Shown: positions 9,138 through 17,905 of the stretch, piece by piece
Layout: every line of letters begins with the position of its first letter
How positions within the stretch are numbered: the first letter of the stretch is position 1
DNA from: a virus
Taxonomy: Duplodnaviria > Caudoviricetes
Virus record (IMG/VR): IMGVR_UViG_3300010376_000037
Location: 1-62,388 of that record
Length of the DNA stretch: 62,388 bases
Strand: one strand, 5' to 3'
Program-made: the position numbers and the translations under genes
Notes under the pieces: model-generated
Told to the model about the DNA's origin: nothing
The model's input: only the letters and a program-made list of their open reading frames with translations
Database searches by the model: none

Positions 9138-10838
9138 TCACACATGCACCACAATCGCACGCGCCGAAGCCGACAGGTGCACCACATACTCTTGCGTCTG
9201 GTCCATCGATCCCACCGCGTCCGCCGAATGTATCAGGTCAAACTCCTCCACCAGCTGCACCGCAGCACCGAACCGCAGCGTCACATCCGTCGCGTCACCG
9301 CCCAGCTCCTGCGCCGAGCGCCACAGCGGCACGATGAACCGCCCGTCCGAGGCCTGATACAGATCCCAGTCAGCGTCCGCCGGCAGCCCCTCGACGCTGA
9401 TCTCCAGCTTGCCCGGAGCAAACGTCCGGGTGCTGTTGCCCGGATCGGCGCACACCTCGCAGAGGTTGCGCAGCGCCGCTGCCGCCGGCCGCGGGTCTTC
9501 ACCGCCATGCATCGGATACAGCCCGCACAGGTAGACCGTGCCGTAGTCGAACAGCGCGTACCACCACAGCCCGACCTGCGGATCGAGCTTGCCGCAGCGG
9601 AACAGCGTGGTCAGCGTGTAGTAGGCGTCCCGCTCTCCGTCCCATCCGGACTGATCGGGTTTGTGCCCCTGCGAGTTGTAAAGGGTCGGGTGGAACTCGG
9701 TGAGATCTCCGGGGTGGTTGTCGTAGGCGAGCCGGATGCCGCTGATGTATTCGCTGACGGAGTATCCTGTATTGGGGACGTCTGGACTGGCGGGGGGATA
9801 GTAGTGTCCGTTACAACGCGCCATCGCTGCATTAATAGCGCCCATGTATTCGCCGCAGTAGCCGGTGATCCAACCCTCCGGATGAGGTGTTCCCGCGACA
9901 ATGCTTGGGCCAAGTACTCCCGCGCGATCTGCTGAACCCCACAGCTCATCCTGGATCGCCTTCGTGACGTCGACCGAGACTTCCCCCGACCCAAAGTTGG
10001 TGTTGGGCTCGTTGAGTCCTTCCAGCCACCTGATAGCACAGGCCGGATCGTTAGCGAGTGTTAACATTGATGACACATCCGCAGGGCTGCCATTCGCGCC
10101 GACACAGATCGACACCTCGGTGCCCGGCAGTGCGGCGACCACCTGCGTCAGCCACGGCTGCTGTATCTGCTCGCGGCCGTTGTAGTGGTATTCGCGGATG
10201 CGGAACGCGAAGCCGCTCTCGTCCGTTATCCAGTTTAACCCGGCGATAACGCTGTCGGGCTGGTAGTCGGCCGGGTAGCTGCCCCAGACGTTGCCGCTGT
10301 CGAGGCTGCTGAAGGTGTTGACGCCGAACAGCTCGACCAGCGAGTGGATGCGTTTGGCCTGCGTGCCGGTGCCGGGGCTCGGATCGGGGCCGGGCGGTCC
10401 GTCGGCGTTGGCCACCGTGTAGGTCATCGGCACGTCCTTGCTGGTGCCGACGCCGCCGGGCGGCACGTCATAGCCGCGCACGATCAGCGTCACCGGCCCG
10501 TTCGCCAGCTTGCTGCTGTCGAGCTGCAGGCTGTAGCGGCCGTCCACCGGCTGGGCGTCGTCGGCGCCCTTCTGGTCGCCCACCCAGGCAGTGATGTTGA
10601 CCCAGGTCGCGCCGGCCAAGCCGGTGACCTCGACCACGCCCGAGAGCGTGCTGCCCTCGGCCGGGCTGGCGACGGTCAGCGTGTCGGGATCGGGGCTGGG
10701 ATCTGGCGGGACCGGCTGGCCGCCACCTTCCAGCGCCGAAACGCGGCCCTCCAGGTCGGTCACCCTGGCGGCGAGCGCGTCGAACTCCTCCTGCGTCGGG
10801 ACATCGACGCCCTGCGGCGTCACGGGTGATTGGGCCAT
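9138..10838 (-). CDS. Ig-like domain plus clan GH-A-like glycoside hydrolase
   Basis: Short coiled coil, Ig-like TVASPAEGSTLSGVVEV segment, then LEGLNEPN (acid/base), NGHYY and LTEF (nucleophile); ATG 10838 follows GGGGAG. Confidence 0.65.
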   Translation of the reverse strand: MAQSPVTPQGVDVPTQEEFDALAARVTDLEGRVSALEGGGQPVPPDPSPDPDTLTVASPAEGSTLSGVVEVTGLAGATWVNITAWVGDQKGADDAQPVDGRYSLQLDSSKLANGPVTLIVRGYDVPPGGVGTSKDVPMTYTVANADGPPGPDPSPGTGTQAKRIHSLVELFGVNTFSSLDSGNVWGSYPADYQPDSVIAGLNWITDESGFAFRIREYHYNGREQIQQPWLTQVVAALPGTEVSICVGANGSPADVSSMLTLANDPACAIRWLEGLNEPNTNFGSGEVSVDVTKAIQDELWGSADRAGVLGPSIVAGTPHPEGWITGYCGEYMGAINAAMARCNGHYYPPASPDVPNTGYSVSEYISGIRLAYDNHPGDLTEFHPTLYNSQGHKPDQSGWDGERDAYYTLTTLFRCGKLDPQVGLWWYALFDYGTVYLCGLYPMHGGEDPRPAAAALRNLCEVCADPGNSTRTFAPGKLEISVEGLPADADWDLYQASDGRFIVPLWRSAQELGGDATDVTLRFGAAVQLVEEFDLIHSADAVGSMDQTQEYVVHLSASARAIVVHV

Positions 10839-10985
10839 GTTCTTCTCCCCCAAGCCGGTAGATGTGAGCCTCTCATAGCGATCGCAGCGCCGGCACAAGC
10901 GCGCGCCCATGAAATGTGACCATTCATGACCACGCGTGAAACAGATGCAGTAGCTCAGCGCAGGCGGCAGCCAGCGCAACCCATA

Positions 10986-11156
10986 CTACCACCAGCCGAA
11001 GCGCGGGCCGCCGAAGACGCCAATCAGCAGCAGCACGAGCAGCACGGTAAGAACAATTGCGAGCGGATTCCCGTAGGAGATGCGTCCGCCATACCAAGCG
11101 CCACCGCCACCCAACAGGAGGAGGATGATAAGGACAACGAGGATCAGCGTGATCAT
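10986..11156 (-). CDS. Small two-helix membrane protein (DUF3309-like)
   Basis: Manual translation MITLILVVLIILLLLGGGGAWYGGRISYGNPLAIVLTVLLVLLLIGVFGGPRFGWW. Confidence 0.7.
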   Translation of the reverse strand: MITLILVVLIILLLLGGGGAWYGGRISYGNPLAIVLTVLLVLLLIGVFGGPRFGWW

Positions 11157-11168
11157 CGAAACGTTTTG

Positions 11169-11462
11169 TCAGCCCTCGCGCGCAGCGGGCTGCGGACAGT
11201 TGTCGCCGCAGGGAAACGCCAGCGGGCTGTCGCCGTGATAGGCGAGGCCGCCGTCGTTGTGCTGGGCGATGCCAGGATACTTCGCCTTCACCTTGCGCCT
11301 GATGGTCGCCAGCTCGCTGCTGGAGGCGTGCTGCGCGCCGCGCGCCAGGGCGTTGCGGGCGTGGGCTTCATCACTCAAAGGATAGGCTCGCTTGCCGGGT
11401 ATCGCGAATACGCTGGATGGCAACTCGCCGCGTCTCTCCGCTGTGAGTCTGGCCACTTCCAT
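11169..11462 (-). CDS. Conserved phage protein (DUF6582-like)
   Basis: LTAERRGELPSSVFAIPGKRAYPLSDEAHARNALAR motif. Confidence 0.65.
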   Translation of the reverse strand: MEVARLTAERRGELPSSVFAIPGKRAYPLSDEAHARNALARGAQHASSSELATIRRKVKAKYPGIAQHNDGGLAYHGDSPLAFPCGDNCPQPAAREG

Positions 11463-11621
11463 GCTCCTTCACATATGTCGCCATCCGATCCTATTTCTTC
11501 CGCGGAGACCTGCTTTTTGCCGGATTTTTACGGTTTTTCGCTCGTTTAGGTGGGGATTTCTGCGGCTTCGGCCCTCCACTCAGTCCCTTCGGCATCATTC
11601 CGGTGTTGATCACGGCCATCG

Positions 11622-11837
11622 CTAGCCTCCTGCGAGCCGCGCCTGGGCGGCGTCGTGCGCGAACTGCCGCATCCAGGCCGCCCGCAGGCGCCGCGCCGCC
11701 TCGGCCTGTCGCGCGCGCTCCGTCGGGTTCTCGCGCCGCTCGTCAGCGCGGCACACCCGCGAGCACATCGTCCGGGTCTGCTTGCCGATCAGCAGGAACT
11801 CAGCGCCGCAGCGGGCACAGACATGCCGGCGCATCAC
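11622..11837 (-). CDS. Small zinc-finger protein
   Basis: CARCG..CSRVC; GTGA coupling to the upstream gene. Confidence 0.6.
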   Translation of the reverse strand: MMRRHVCARCGAEFLLIGKQTRTMCSRVCRADERRENPTERARQAEAARRLRAAWMRQFAHDAAQARLAGG

Positions 11838-12046
11838 GTCCGCCCGCCCCCTGGCGTCTGTTGCACCCGGTAGAGATCAGCCGGCGACTTGGTGAACGCC
11901 GGGTCGATGCTGCGGGTGCGGATCACCCGCTCGCCCTGCACCACCTGATAGGGATTGTTCGCCGGCACGTAGGCCTCCGGCCCTTCGGTGTGCGCCTCCG
12001 GCATGTCGGGGAACGCCTGGATGGCGGGGCCGCCCTCACCGCTCAC
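11834..12046 (-). CDS. Hypothetical protein
   Basis: Coupled by GTGA overlaps on both sides. Confidence 0.6.
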   Translation of the reverse strand: MSGEGGPAIQAFPDMPEAHTEGPEAYVPANNPYQVVQGERVIRTRSIDPAFTKSPADLYRVQQTPGGGRT

Positions 12047-12606
12047 GCGCGCCGCCCTGGCTGCGGTGGCGGCGGCTGCCGCGGCGGGCTCGGTGCTCCA
12101 GGTCGTTGCGGCGTCGGCGCGTGGCGCGGGTCAGCCGCTCGCTGCGGCTGCGGCGCTGCGGGCGCCGCCGGGGCTGCTGCAGGCGCCGCCTGCTGCGCCT
12201 GCGCGGCAGCTGCCCGCTGCCCGCTGCCCGGCGCCGCAACCAACGCCTCGGCGTCTTCCTGCGTCATCCCGAACTCACTGATCAGGCAGGCCAGCACACG
12301 CGGCTGTAAGGCGCCGTCGTCGCGTGCGATCACGAGACGTGCCTTGACGATCTCGGCGATGTTCGGCGCGGCCTCGTCCATGTGCTGGCTGATCACCGCA
12401 CCCGCATAGCCGCCCGCCAGGGCGACGTTGGTCAGCTCGGGCGGGCCGTCGGGCTGGCCATCCGTCGTGTAGGCGGCCTCGCGCTGGATGAAGCTGGCGG
12501 CCGGCTCGGCGTTGCGATGCGCAGCGACGCCCGCCTCGCCCGCGTCCTGCTGCCGCTCGCCGATGGTGCGCGCCTGCTGCCCGCTCAGTTGCTGGGTGTG
12601 TGACAT
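12043..12606 (-). CDS. Hypothetical protein with Pro/Ala-rich tail
   Basis: Strong RBS (GAGGAGGGGGAG) before ATG. Confidence 0.65.
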   Translation of the reverse strand: MSHTQQLSGQQARTIGERQQDAGEAGVAAHRNAEPAASFIQREAAYTTDGQPDGPPELTNVALAGGYAGAVISQHMDEAAPNIAEIVKARLVIARDDGALQPRVLACLISEFGMTQEDAEALVAAPGSGQRAAAAQAQQAAPAAAPAAPAAPQPQRAADPRHAPTPQRPGAPSPPRQPPPPQPGRRA

Positions 12607-12760
12607 GGCTCCCCCTCCTCAGGCGGTGGCCACGCGATCTCGCCCTTGCCGTTGCACGTCCAGCAAACGCGGCGAACGAGGCGCGGCGGGTTGTGCTGCC
12701 GAATAATGACATACTGCCGCCCGTTGCACGACGGGCAGATAACCGGCGTGCTGCCCGGCA

Positions 12761-13282
12761 TCAGCGGCGGGCTTTGGCCTGTGGCCGGTCAGGCTCCTCC
12801 CTTTCGGCACGCTCTGGGGTCGCGGCGTAGTTCGGCGCGTAGCCCTGCCGGAACGCCGGGTGATCGGCCGACGAGGCGCGGCTGCGCTCCTTATTATAAG
12901 TGGCGATCATCGCCTGCCACGCCTCGTGCGGCAGGTGCTCGGGCCAGCCGGCCTGCTGCGCCTCCCACAGGTGATGGCCGAGCTGCGGGATGCGCGGATA
13001 GCCCAGGCTGTAGCGGGGGCGCTCATCTGAGTCAGAACTCTCGCTGATGGCGGCTCGCTGTTCGTCGACGGCACTCGCATGGGCAACGGCTCGCTCTTTC
13101 GCCTCGGTACGCTCCGCTTCAACGGCCCAATCATGGGGTTCGGCACGCTCTTTCATCACGGCTCGCTCGCATGTTTCGGCGCTCTCTGAGGTACCGGCCA
13201 GTTCTGGCGCTACGGCACGCTCGCTCATCACGACCCGCTCCCTGATTTCGCTACCATCCTCCGTCGCGGCTCGTTCACTCAT
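12761..13282 (-). CDS. ORF whose N-terminal half is read through array 3
   Basis: ERA hexad repeats arise from the 18-nt period; the C-terminal half (YSLGYPRIPQLGHHLWEA..) looks like an ordinary protein. Confidence 0.4.
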   Translation of the reverse strand: MSERAATEDGSEIRERVVMSERAVAPELAGTSESAETCERAVMKERAEPHDWAVEAERTEAKERAVAHASAVDEQRAAISESSDSDERPRYSLGYPRIPQLGHHLWEAQQAGWPEHLPHEAWQAMIATYNKERSRASSADHPAFRQGYAPNYAATPERAEREEPDRPQAKARR

Positions 13283-13348
13283 CTCGTTGCTGTCGGACCC
13301 GGCGACTCGTTCCTATCCTTCGTTGCCATCTGATCTCGCGACTCGCTC
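13015..13348 (-). ncRNA. TIGR-like array 3 (about 9 units, more degenerate)
   Basis: cggctcgctg ttcgtcga cggcactcgc atgggcaa cggctcgctc tttcgcct cggtacgctc cgcttcaa; same period and orientation as arrays 1 and 2. Confidence 0.8.
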
Positions 13349-13503
13349 ATCGCTCATGCGGCCCTAGTGGATCATGCGGCCCGAGGTGAAAGGCCTGACA
13401 TCTGTCAGTGATGCGCGGCCGGTGACAGCATACCGGCACCCAATGCCGCAGCACCACCGAGGCCTGCCAGTGACACACCAACACCACCAAGATCACCGTC
13501 GCA

Positions 13504-13990
13504 TACAACGCTCTTCCAATTCGGCACTCACATCGAGTTTCGACTAGCTCACCTCATTCGTTACCATCGTGAGTCGCGGCTGCTCTCCTCATTCGGCACC
13601 CTCCTGGGCAGCGGCTGCGTTCCGACGGTTCGATGCTGTCAAAGGTAACGACTCACTCGCTTTCTTCGGCTCTCACAAAGAAGCCGGCTCGCTCTCGTTT
13701 CCCGGCACTCTTACACCCAGCGGCTGCTCGCCCGGTTCGATGCGCTCGAACTTTGCGGCTCGCTTCTAACTACGTCACCATCCTGCTCACGGCTCGTTCA
13801 GGCTTGCTGGCACACTCACGCTCCCCGACTCGCTCTCACCCTACCGGCACTCTCCCCTACGACGGCTCGCTGGTTGCGCATGAACGCGACAGCCAGTCGC
13901 CTGAGCACGTCGCAGCGCACCCGACGCAGCGCCCGATCGCGACCGCGGCTCGCTCGTTTGACTCGGCACTCGCCCACATCCCGGCTCACC
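13504..13990 (-). ncRNA. TIGR-like array 4 (about 10 units, 13504-13872) plus a detached unit (13946-13990)
   Basis: cgactcactc gctttctt cggctctcac aaagaagc cggctcgctc tcgtttcc cggcactctt; detached unit cggctcgctc gtttgact cggcactcgc ccacatcc cggctcacc. Confidence 0.8.
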
Positions 13991-14192
13991 GGGTCGGGCT
14001 GGTGCCGGCCCGGCGCAGCCAATGGTCACACCATCCCCCGGGCGCGATCAAACCCTCCACCAGATGACAGCTGTGCGGCTTGCGGAAGTGCACGCAGCGG
14101 TCGCAGGTCATCGAGGGCGATGACGCCTTCACCTGATACTGCACGCTGTGCTTGCTGAGCTTTTGATGTCTCGGCCGAGGCCGATCATTCAC
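13986..14192 (-). CDS. HiPIP-like (high-potential iron-sulfur protein) domain protein
   Basis: VQYQ...CDRCVHF...CHLVEGLIAPGGWCDHW: four Cys with the HiPIP GWC signature. Confidence 0.7.
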   Translation of the reverse strand: MNDRPRPRHQKLSKHSVQYQVKASSPSMTCDRCVHFRKPHSCHLVEGLIAPGGWCDHWLRRAGTSPTR

Positions 14193-14431
14193 CCCGGAAT
14201 GCCGTGCGGTCCGTGATCGCTGTGCGCGGTCGCCGGCATCTTGCCGCCACCGCGGCTGATGTGCGGCGGCCCGGCGCGCTCGTGGTCACCCAGCGGCTCA
14301 TGGCTGACGCTCTCGCCACCGCGGCCGCCGTTCACCTCGGCCAAGCTGTCGCAGCCGAAATCCTTGGCCGGCATGATGCCGCCGCCCATCGCCATGTTCT
14401 TGCGCTGCCGGATTTCCTCGTTGTAGGCCAT
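14189..14431 (-). CDS. Hypothetical protein
   Basis: TGATG and GTGA coupling to neighbours. Confidence 0.65.
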   Translation of the reverse strand: MAYNEEIRQRKNMAMGGGIMPAKDFGCDSLAEVNGGRGGESVSHEPLGDHERAGPPHISRGGGKMPATAHSDHGPHGIPG

Positions 14432-14577
14432 CACTTACTCCCCTTCTTGCGCTTCTTCGGCACCCCGGCTGTGCGTAGCGCGGCAGCGACAGCCTGTCGC
14501 TGCGGATGCCCGGCCTCGACCATCTCACGTATGTTGCTAGTGATCACCTTGCGGCTTTTGCCCTTGGCGAGCGGCAT
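14431..14577 (-). CDS. Small basic conserved phage protein (48 aa)
   Basis: Manual translation MPLAKGKSRKVITSNIREMVEAGHPQRQAVAAALRTAGVPKKRKKGSK. Confidence 0.75.
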   Translation of the reverse strand: MPLAKGKSRKVITSNIREMVEAGHPQRQAVAAALRTAGVPKKRKKGSK

Positions 14578-14589
14578 CGCAGCATTCCC

Positions 14590-14658
14590 AAAAAAAAGGC
14601 GGCGCACTCGTCAGGGAAGGTGTCCGTCACACAGCTGGAGAGAGGTGAATGCGCCGCC
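14590..14658 (-). terminator. Long-loop stem followed by T8; terminator or attenuator candidate
   Basis: Minus strand GGCGGCGCA...TGCGCCGCC followed by TTTTTTTT. Confidence 0.4.
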
Positions 14659-14776
14659 AGCTTACCACGTCTGTCCCCTCGCCGCAGCGAGCGGGAAGAA
14701 GTGATGCTAACACACACCAGCAGCGAGCAAAACGCAGATTGCGGCAACCACGATGAGAACCCCGAGCACCGGGTCG

Positions 14777-15109
14777 TCAGGCATCGTAGGCGGGACGGCC
14801 CGAGCGCTCGCGCTCGGTCTCCTCGATCGCCTTGACGACCATCGGGTAGGCAGCGCGCAGCATGTCGCTGAAGCGCTGTCCGGTGTGCGACATGACGTCC
14901 TCGTCGAGCGAGGCGGCGGCGAAGATCCGCGCCAGCATGGTGGCGATCGCCCACATCGCGGTGGAGTTGGTGATGCCGCCGAGGCGCTGTGCCATGACGT
15001 CGAAGGCCTTGGTCAGGTGCATTACTTGATGCTCGTCGACCCCGACCATCAAGGCGTCCTCGATGCGGTCGTCAGGCATAGCGTACTGACTAGGCATGCG
15101 GTCATTCAT
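14777..15109 (-). CDS. Hypothetical protein
   Basis: Co-oriented and overlapping the upstream stop. Confidence 0.65.
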   Translation of the reverse strand: MNDRMPSQYAMPDDRIEDALMVGVDEHQVMHLTKAFDVMAQRLGGITNSTAMWAIATMLARIFAAASLDEDVMSHTGQRFSDMLRAAYPMVVKAIEETERERSGRPAYDA

Positions 15110-15314
15110 AGCCCGGCTTGATCGTGGTGTTCCAGTAGTCCTGGGTGTGCGGCAGGGTCTGCTTACCGAGCTGTTTGGCGCGGGCGTTGGCCTGGGCGCG
15201 GCTCAGCTGCTCGCCTGTGTCCTTGGCCTGCGCCTCGGCGAGGCCGCGCAGCGCGATGTGGCGCCGGATGCGCTCGGGCATGCGAGCTGGCTTGAACGGC
15301 CTGGGCGGTGGCAT
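15102..15314 (-). CDS. Hypothetical protein
   Basis: TGATG coupling with terS. Confidence 0.6.
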   Translation of the reverse strand: MPPPRPFKPARMPERIRRHIALRGLAEAQAKDTGEQLSRAQANARAKQLGKQTLPHTQDYWNTTIKPGYE

Positions 15315-15802
15315 CAGGGCTGCTCCTCGGGCTCGGGCAGGCTGTGGATCGGCCGGGCGATGACGCTGATCTCGGGCGCGGCGTCGCTCGGGCCGTTGTT
15401 GATGTTGATGCTGAACAGCGCGGCGGGCTCGGCCGACTCCCCGCGCTCGCGCCAGCCGCCGCGAGTTTTGGCGTAGAAGATCGACATGGTTTTGTCACCG
15501 TTGAGCGCCGACTCGACGATGCCGCCGAGGATGCGGGCGTCCATCGCCAGCTTGCCGTGGGTCAGCTCCCAGGCGAAATGCCGCTCCAGCGTGGCGATCG
15601 GGATCGCCATGATCACCGAGATCGATTCATTGATGAAGCCACAGGCGACCAGGGTCATCACCCTGGCGCGCTGTGCGTCGGTGGCTACGAACGGTGCCTG
15701 ACCCTGCTGGCCGGGCGCGGCGCCCTTGCCGGGCGGTATCCCAGCCTTGGCCTGACGTGGCGGCCGGTGCGCGGCCCTGACGTTGTCCAGAATACGCGGC
15801 AT
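15314..15802 (-). CDS. terS: Probable terminase small subunit (HTH)
   Basis: TDAQRARVMTLVACG..IPIATLERHFAWELTHGK..ALNGDKTMSIFYAKTRGGWRE matches a common TerS-like pattern; start uncertain. Confidence 0.68.
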   Translation of the reverse strand: MPRILDNVRAAHRPPRQAKAGIPPGKGAAPGQQGQAPFVATDAQRARVMTLVACGFINESISVIMAIPIATLERHFAWELTHGKLAMDARILGGIVESALNGDKTMSIFYAKTRGGWRERGESAEPAALFSININNGPSDAAPEISVIARPIHSLPEPEEQP

Positions 15803-15844
15803 GCGCTGTGATTTATGGCGGCACCCACCATCACACGCCAAGCC

Positions 15845-16147
15845 TCAATCGCGCGGCGTGTTGGCGAACGCCACGCGGAAGCGGTGGAAGGCGTCGATCA
15901 GGTCGTCGCGGTCGTAGCCGCAGCGGGTCATGTGCGACTGCGCGTGGGGGTCGAAGTCGTCGCGCGCTTGGTCGAGGCCCCAGCCCTGGATGCACTCCTC
16001 GGCCAGGGCGAGGTCGCTGTCGCCTTGGAGCGCCTCGGCGACGAAGGTGGGGTCATTGCGCCCGTCGGCCCACAGCCAGCTGCTGGCGATGGCGTCGGTG
16101 AGGTCGCGGTGGTTGCGGTAGAGGCTGTTGCCGAAGTCGTAGGTCAT
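15845..16147 (-). CDS. Hypothetical early protein
   Basis: ATGA coupling within a leftward operon. Confidence 0.65.
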   Translation of the reverse strand: MTYDFGNSLYRNHRDLTDAIASSWLWADGRNDPTFVAEALQGDSDLALAEECIQGWGLDQARDDFDPHAQSHMTRCGYDRDDLIDAFHRFRVAFANTPRD

Positions 16148-16464
16148 GACACGGTTCCCTTCATGAATTTGCGGATCGAGGCCTCCAGGTAGTCGGCCTC
16201 CTCATCTTCACCGGCCTCGCGGGCGAGTTGTTCCTGCTCGATGACGCGCGCGAGGTGGTAGCAGTCGGTGGCGCGGACGCTGAAGCCGCCGCGCTGGTAG
16301 AGGCGGGCGGCGAGCTTGTAGTGGCGCACCGCGGTGTGCAGGCGCTCGTCGTCGTATGCCTCGCCGGCTGAGTAGCGGAGGGCGGTGGCGGCATCGAGGA
16401 TTTCGGATTTGGCGAGGCGCAGCTCGATGGCTTCGTGTGAGGTGACGATGAGACGGTTGGCCAT
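16144..16464 (-). CDS. Hypothetical helical protein
   Basis: RBS GGAGG within the junction motif GGAGGGCTGAACGATG. Confidence 0.65.
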   Translation of the reverse strand: MANRLIVTSHEAIELRLAKSEILDAATALRYSAGEAYDDERLHTAVRHYKLAARLYQRGGFSVRATDCYHLARVIEQEQLAREAGEDEEADYLEASIRKFMKGTVS

Positions 16465-16467
16465 CGT

Positions 16468-16647
16468 TCAGCCCTCCACCTTGCGCAGTGCGGGATCGCT
16501 GATCCGCGCTGAGCGGTCCCAGCCGTCCAGCTTCACCCACACGCCCGTGCGGGTGACGCGGGTGACGGTGCCTTGGCGCTCGTGCTTGCTGCCGAAGAGG
16601 TTGAAGGCGACGCGGTCACCGATCTGAAAGTCGCGCGGCTTGGTCAT
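16468..16647 (-). CDS. Small SH3/KOW-like protein (59 aa)
   Basis: MTKPRDFQIGDRV..GTVTRV..VWVKLDG; leader CACACCGGGAGTATCCCATG. Confidence 0.65.
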   Translation of the reverse strand: MTKPRDFQIGDRVAFNLFGSKHERQGTVTRVTRTGVWVKLDGWDRSARISDPALRKVEG

Positions 16648-16687
16648 GGGATACTCCCGGTGTGATGGGTGAGAGAGGTGGTGCCCC

Positions 16688-17011
16688 TTAGAAGGGGCAC
16701 TCGTCGTCGAGATCTGGATCGATCGCCGCGCGGGTGGCGACCCGTGCCGCGATGCCACGCTCGGCCAGCTCCAGGTAATAGCGAGCGCCGTCGGCGTCGT
16801 AGATCAGCGCGTCGTTATCGAGGCGCAGAGCTTCCTCCCTGGCTTCTTCCGCGGCCCAGTAGCGCTCTTCGGCCTCGACCTGGGCGGGGGTGTCGACGCC
16901 GTAATAGCGGCAGGCATCGTCATAGCTCTCGAACTGATTGCCGTTGCAATCGACGTAACCGGCGATCGCGGGGAAGGCGTCGAAGTCGGAGTGGGCATTC
17001 CAGTAGGCCAT
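16688..17011 (-). CDS. Acidic hypothetical protein (107 aa)
   Basis: Same leader CACACCGGGAGTATCCCATG. Confidence 0.7.
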   Translation of the reverse strand: MAYWNAHSDFDAFPAIAGYVDCNGNQFESYDDACRYYGVDTPAQVEAEERYWAAEEAREEALRLDNDALIYDADGARYYLELAERGIAARVATRAAIDPDLDDECPF

Positions 17012-17045
17012 GGGATACTCCCGGTGTGTGTTGTTTCGCACCCCT

Positions 17046-17117
17046 CATATAGTCCTCTCAATCCATCCTGGCAAGAGATATTCCATCTTGACAAGCAGAA
17101 AAAAGCCCTGATATATA
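17046..17117. promoter_or_regulatory. Divergent sigma70 promoters
   Basis: Minus TTGCCA-17-TATATG (17074 to 17046); plus TTGACA-17/18-ATATAT/TATATA (17088-17117); AT-rich gap between divergent operons. Confidence 0.65.
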
Positions 17118-17151
17118 GGCCTCGTTGAACACACAAAGGGGCGTATCCCAA

Positions 17152-17856
17152 ATGACCTATGACATGACAGCGACGGTTCAGTGGCCCGAAATCGTGCGGC
17201 TGGACAGCGTGCTGCGGCAGCTGAGCGAGCGCGATCGCAGCTTCGCGATGAGCCTGCAGGCGCAGCAGTCCCACCGTTACCTGAGCGAGAAGCAGCTGTT
17301 CTGGGTGCGTGAGCTGACCAAGCGCGGCGAGGCGAAGCTTTCGCAAACTTCCCAGCCTTCCCAGGCTCCGGCAGCGCCGGCCTCCACCAGCTTCAGCCGC
17401 ATCGTCGAGCTGTTCGGCAAGGCGGGCCGGCGCGCGGTCGTCGTGTTCCGTACTCAGGACGGCACTGACTTCCGCCTGTCCATCGCGGGTGAAGGCAGCC
17501 AGCAGCCGGGCAGCATCAACGTGACCGACACCAGCCGCGGCTACGACAACCGCACGTGGTTCGGTCGCATCGGCACCAACGGTGCGTGGCAGCCGAGCCG
17601 CAAGCTGGATGCGCGCACGATCGCGCAGGTCGAGGCGGCGCTGACGGCGTTCAATGCTGACCCGGCGAAGGCCGCGGCGGCGTATGGCCACATGGTCGGC
17701 AGCTGCTGCTTCTGCTCACGCGAGCTGACTGACGAGCGTTCGGTGAGCGTCGGTTACGGTCCGATCTGCGCGGATCGGTTCGGCCTCCCTTGGGGCGAAG
17801 TGCCGGCGAAGGCCGACGCGTCGATCGACAAGCTGACCTGCGACAGCCCGTTCTGA
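17152..17856 (+). CDS. DUF6011-like zinc-binding domain protein
   Basis: C-terminal CCFCSRELTDERSVSVGYGPICA. Confidence 0.75.
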   Translation: MTYDMTATVQWPEIVRLDSVLRQLSERDRSFAMSLQAQQSHRYLSEKQLFWVRELTKRGEAKLSQTSQPSQAPAAPASTSFSRIVELFGKAGRRAVVVFRTQDGTDFRLSIAGEGSQQPGSINVTDTSRGYDNRTWFGRIGTNGAWQPSRKLDARTIAQVEAALTAFNADPAKAAAAYGHMVGSCCFCSRELTDERSVSVGYGPICADRFGLPWGEVPAKADASIDKLTCDSPF

Positions 17857-17905
17857 AATTAACCCGGGGAGGCGCAGGCCTCCCCACAACACAGGAGCGT
17901 ATCCC

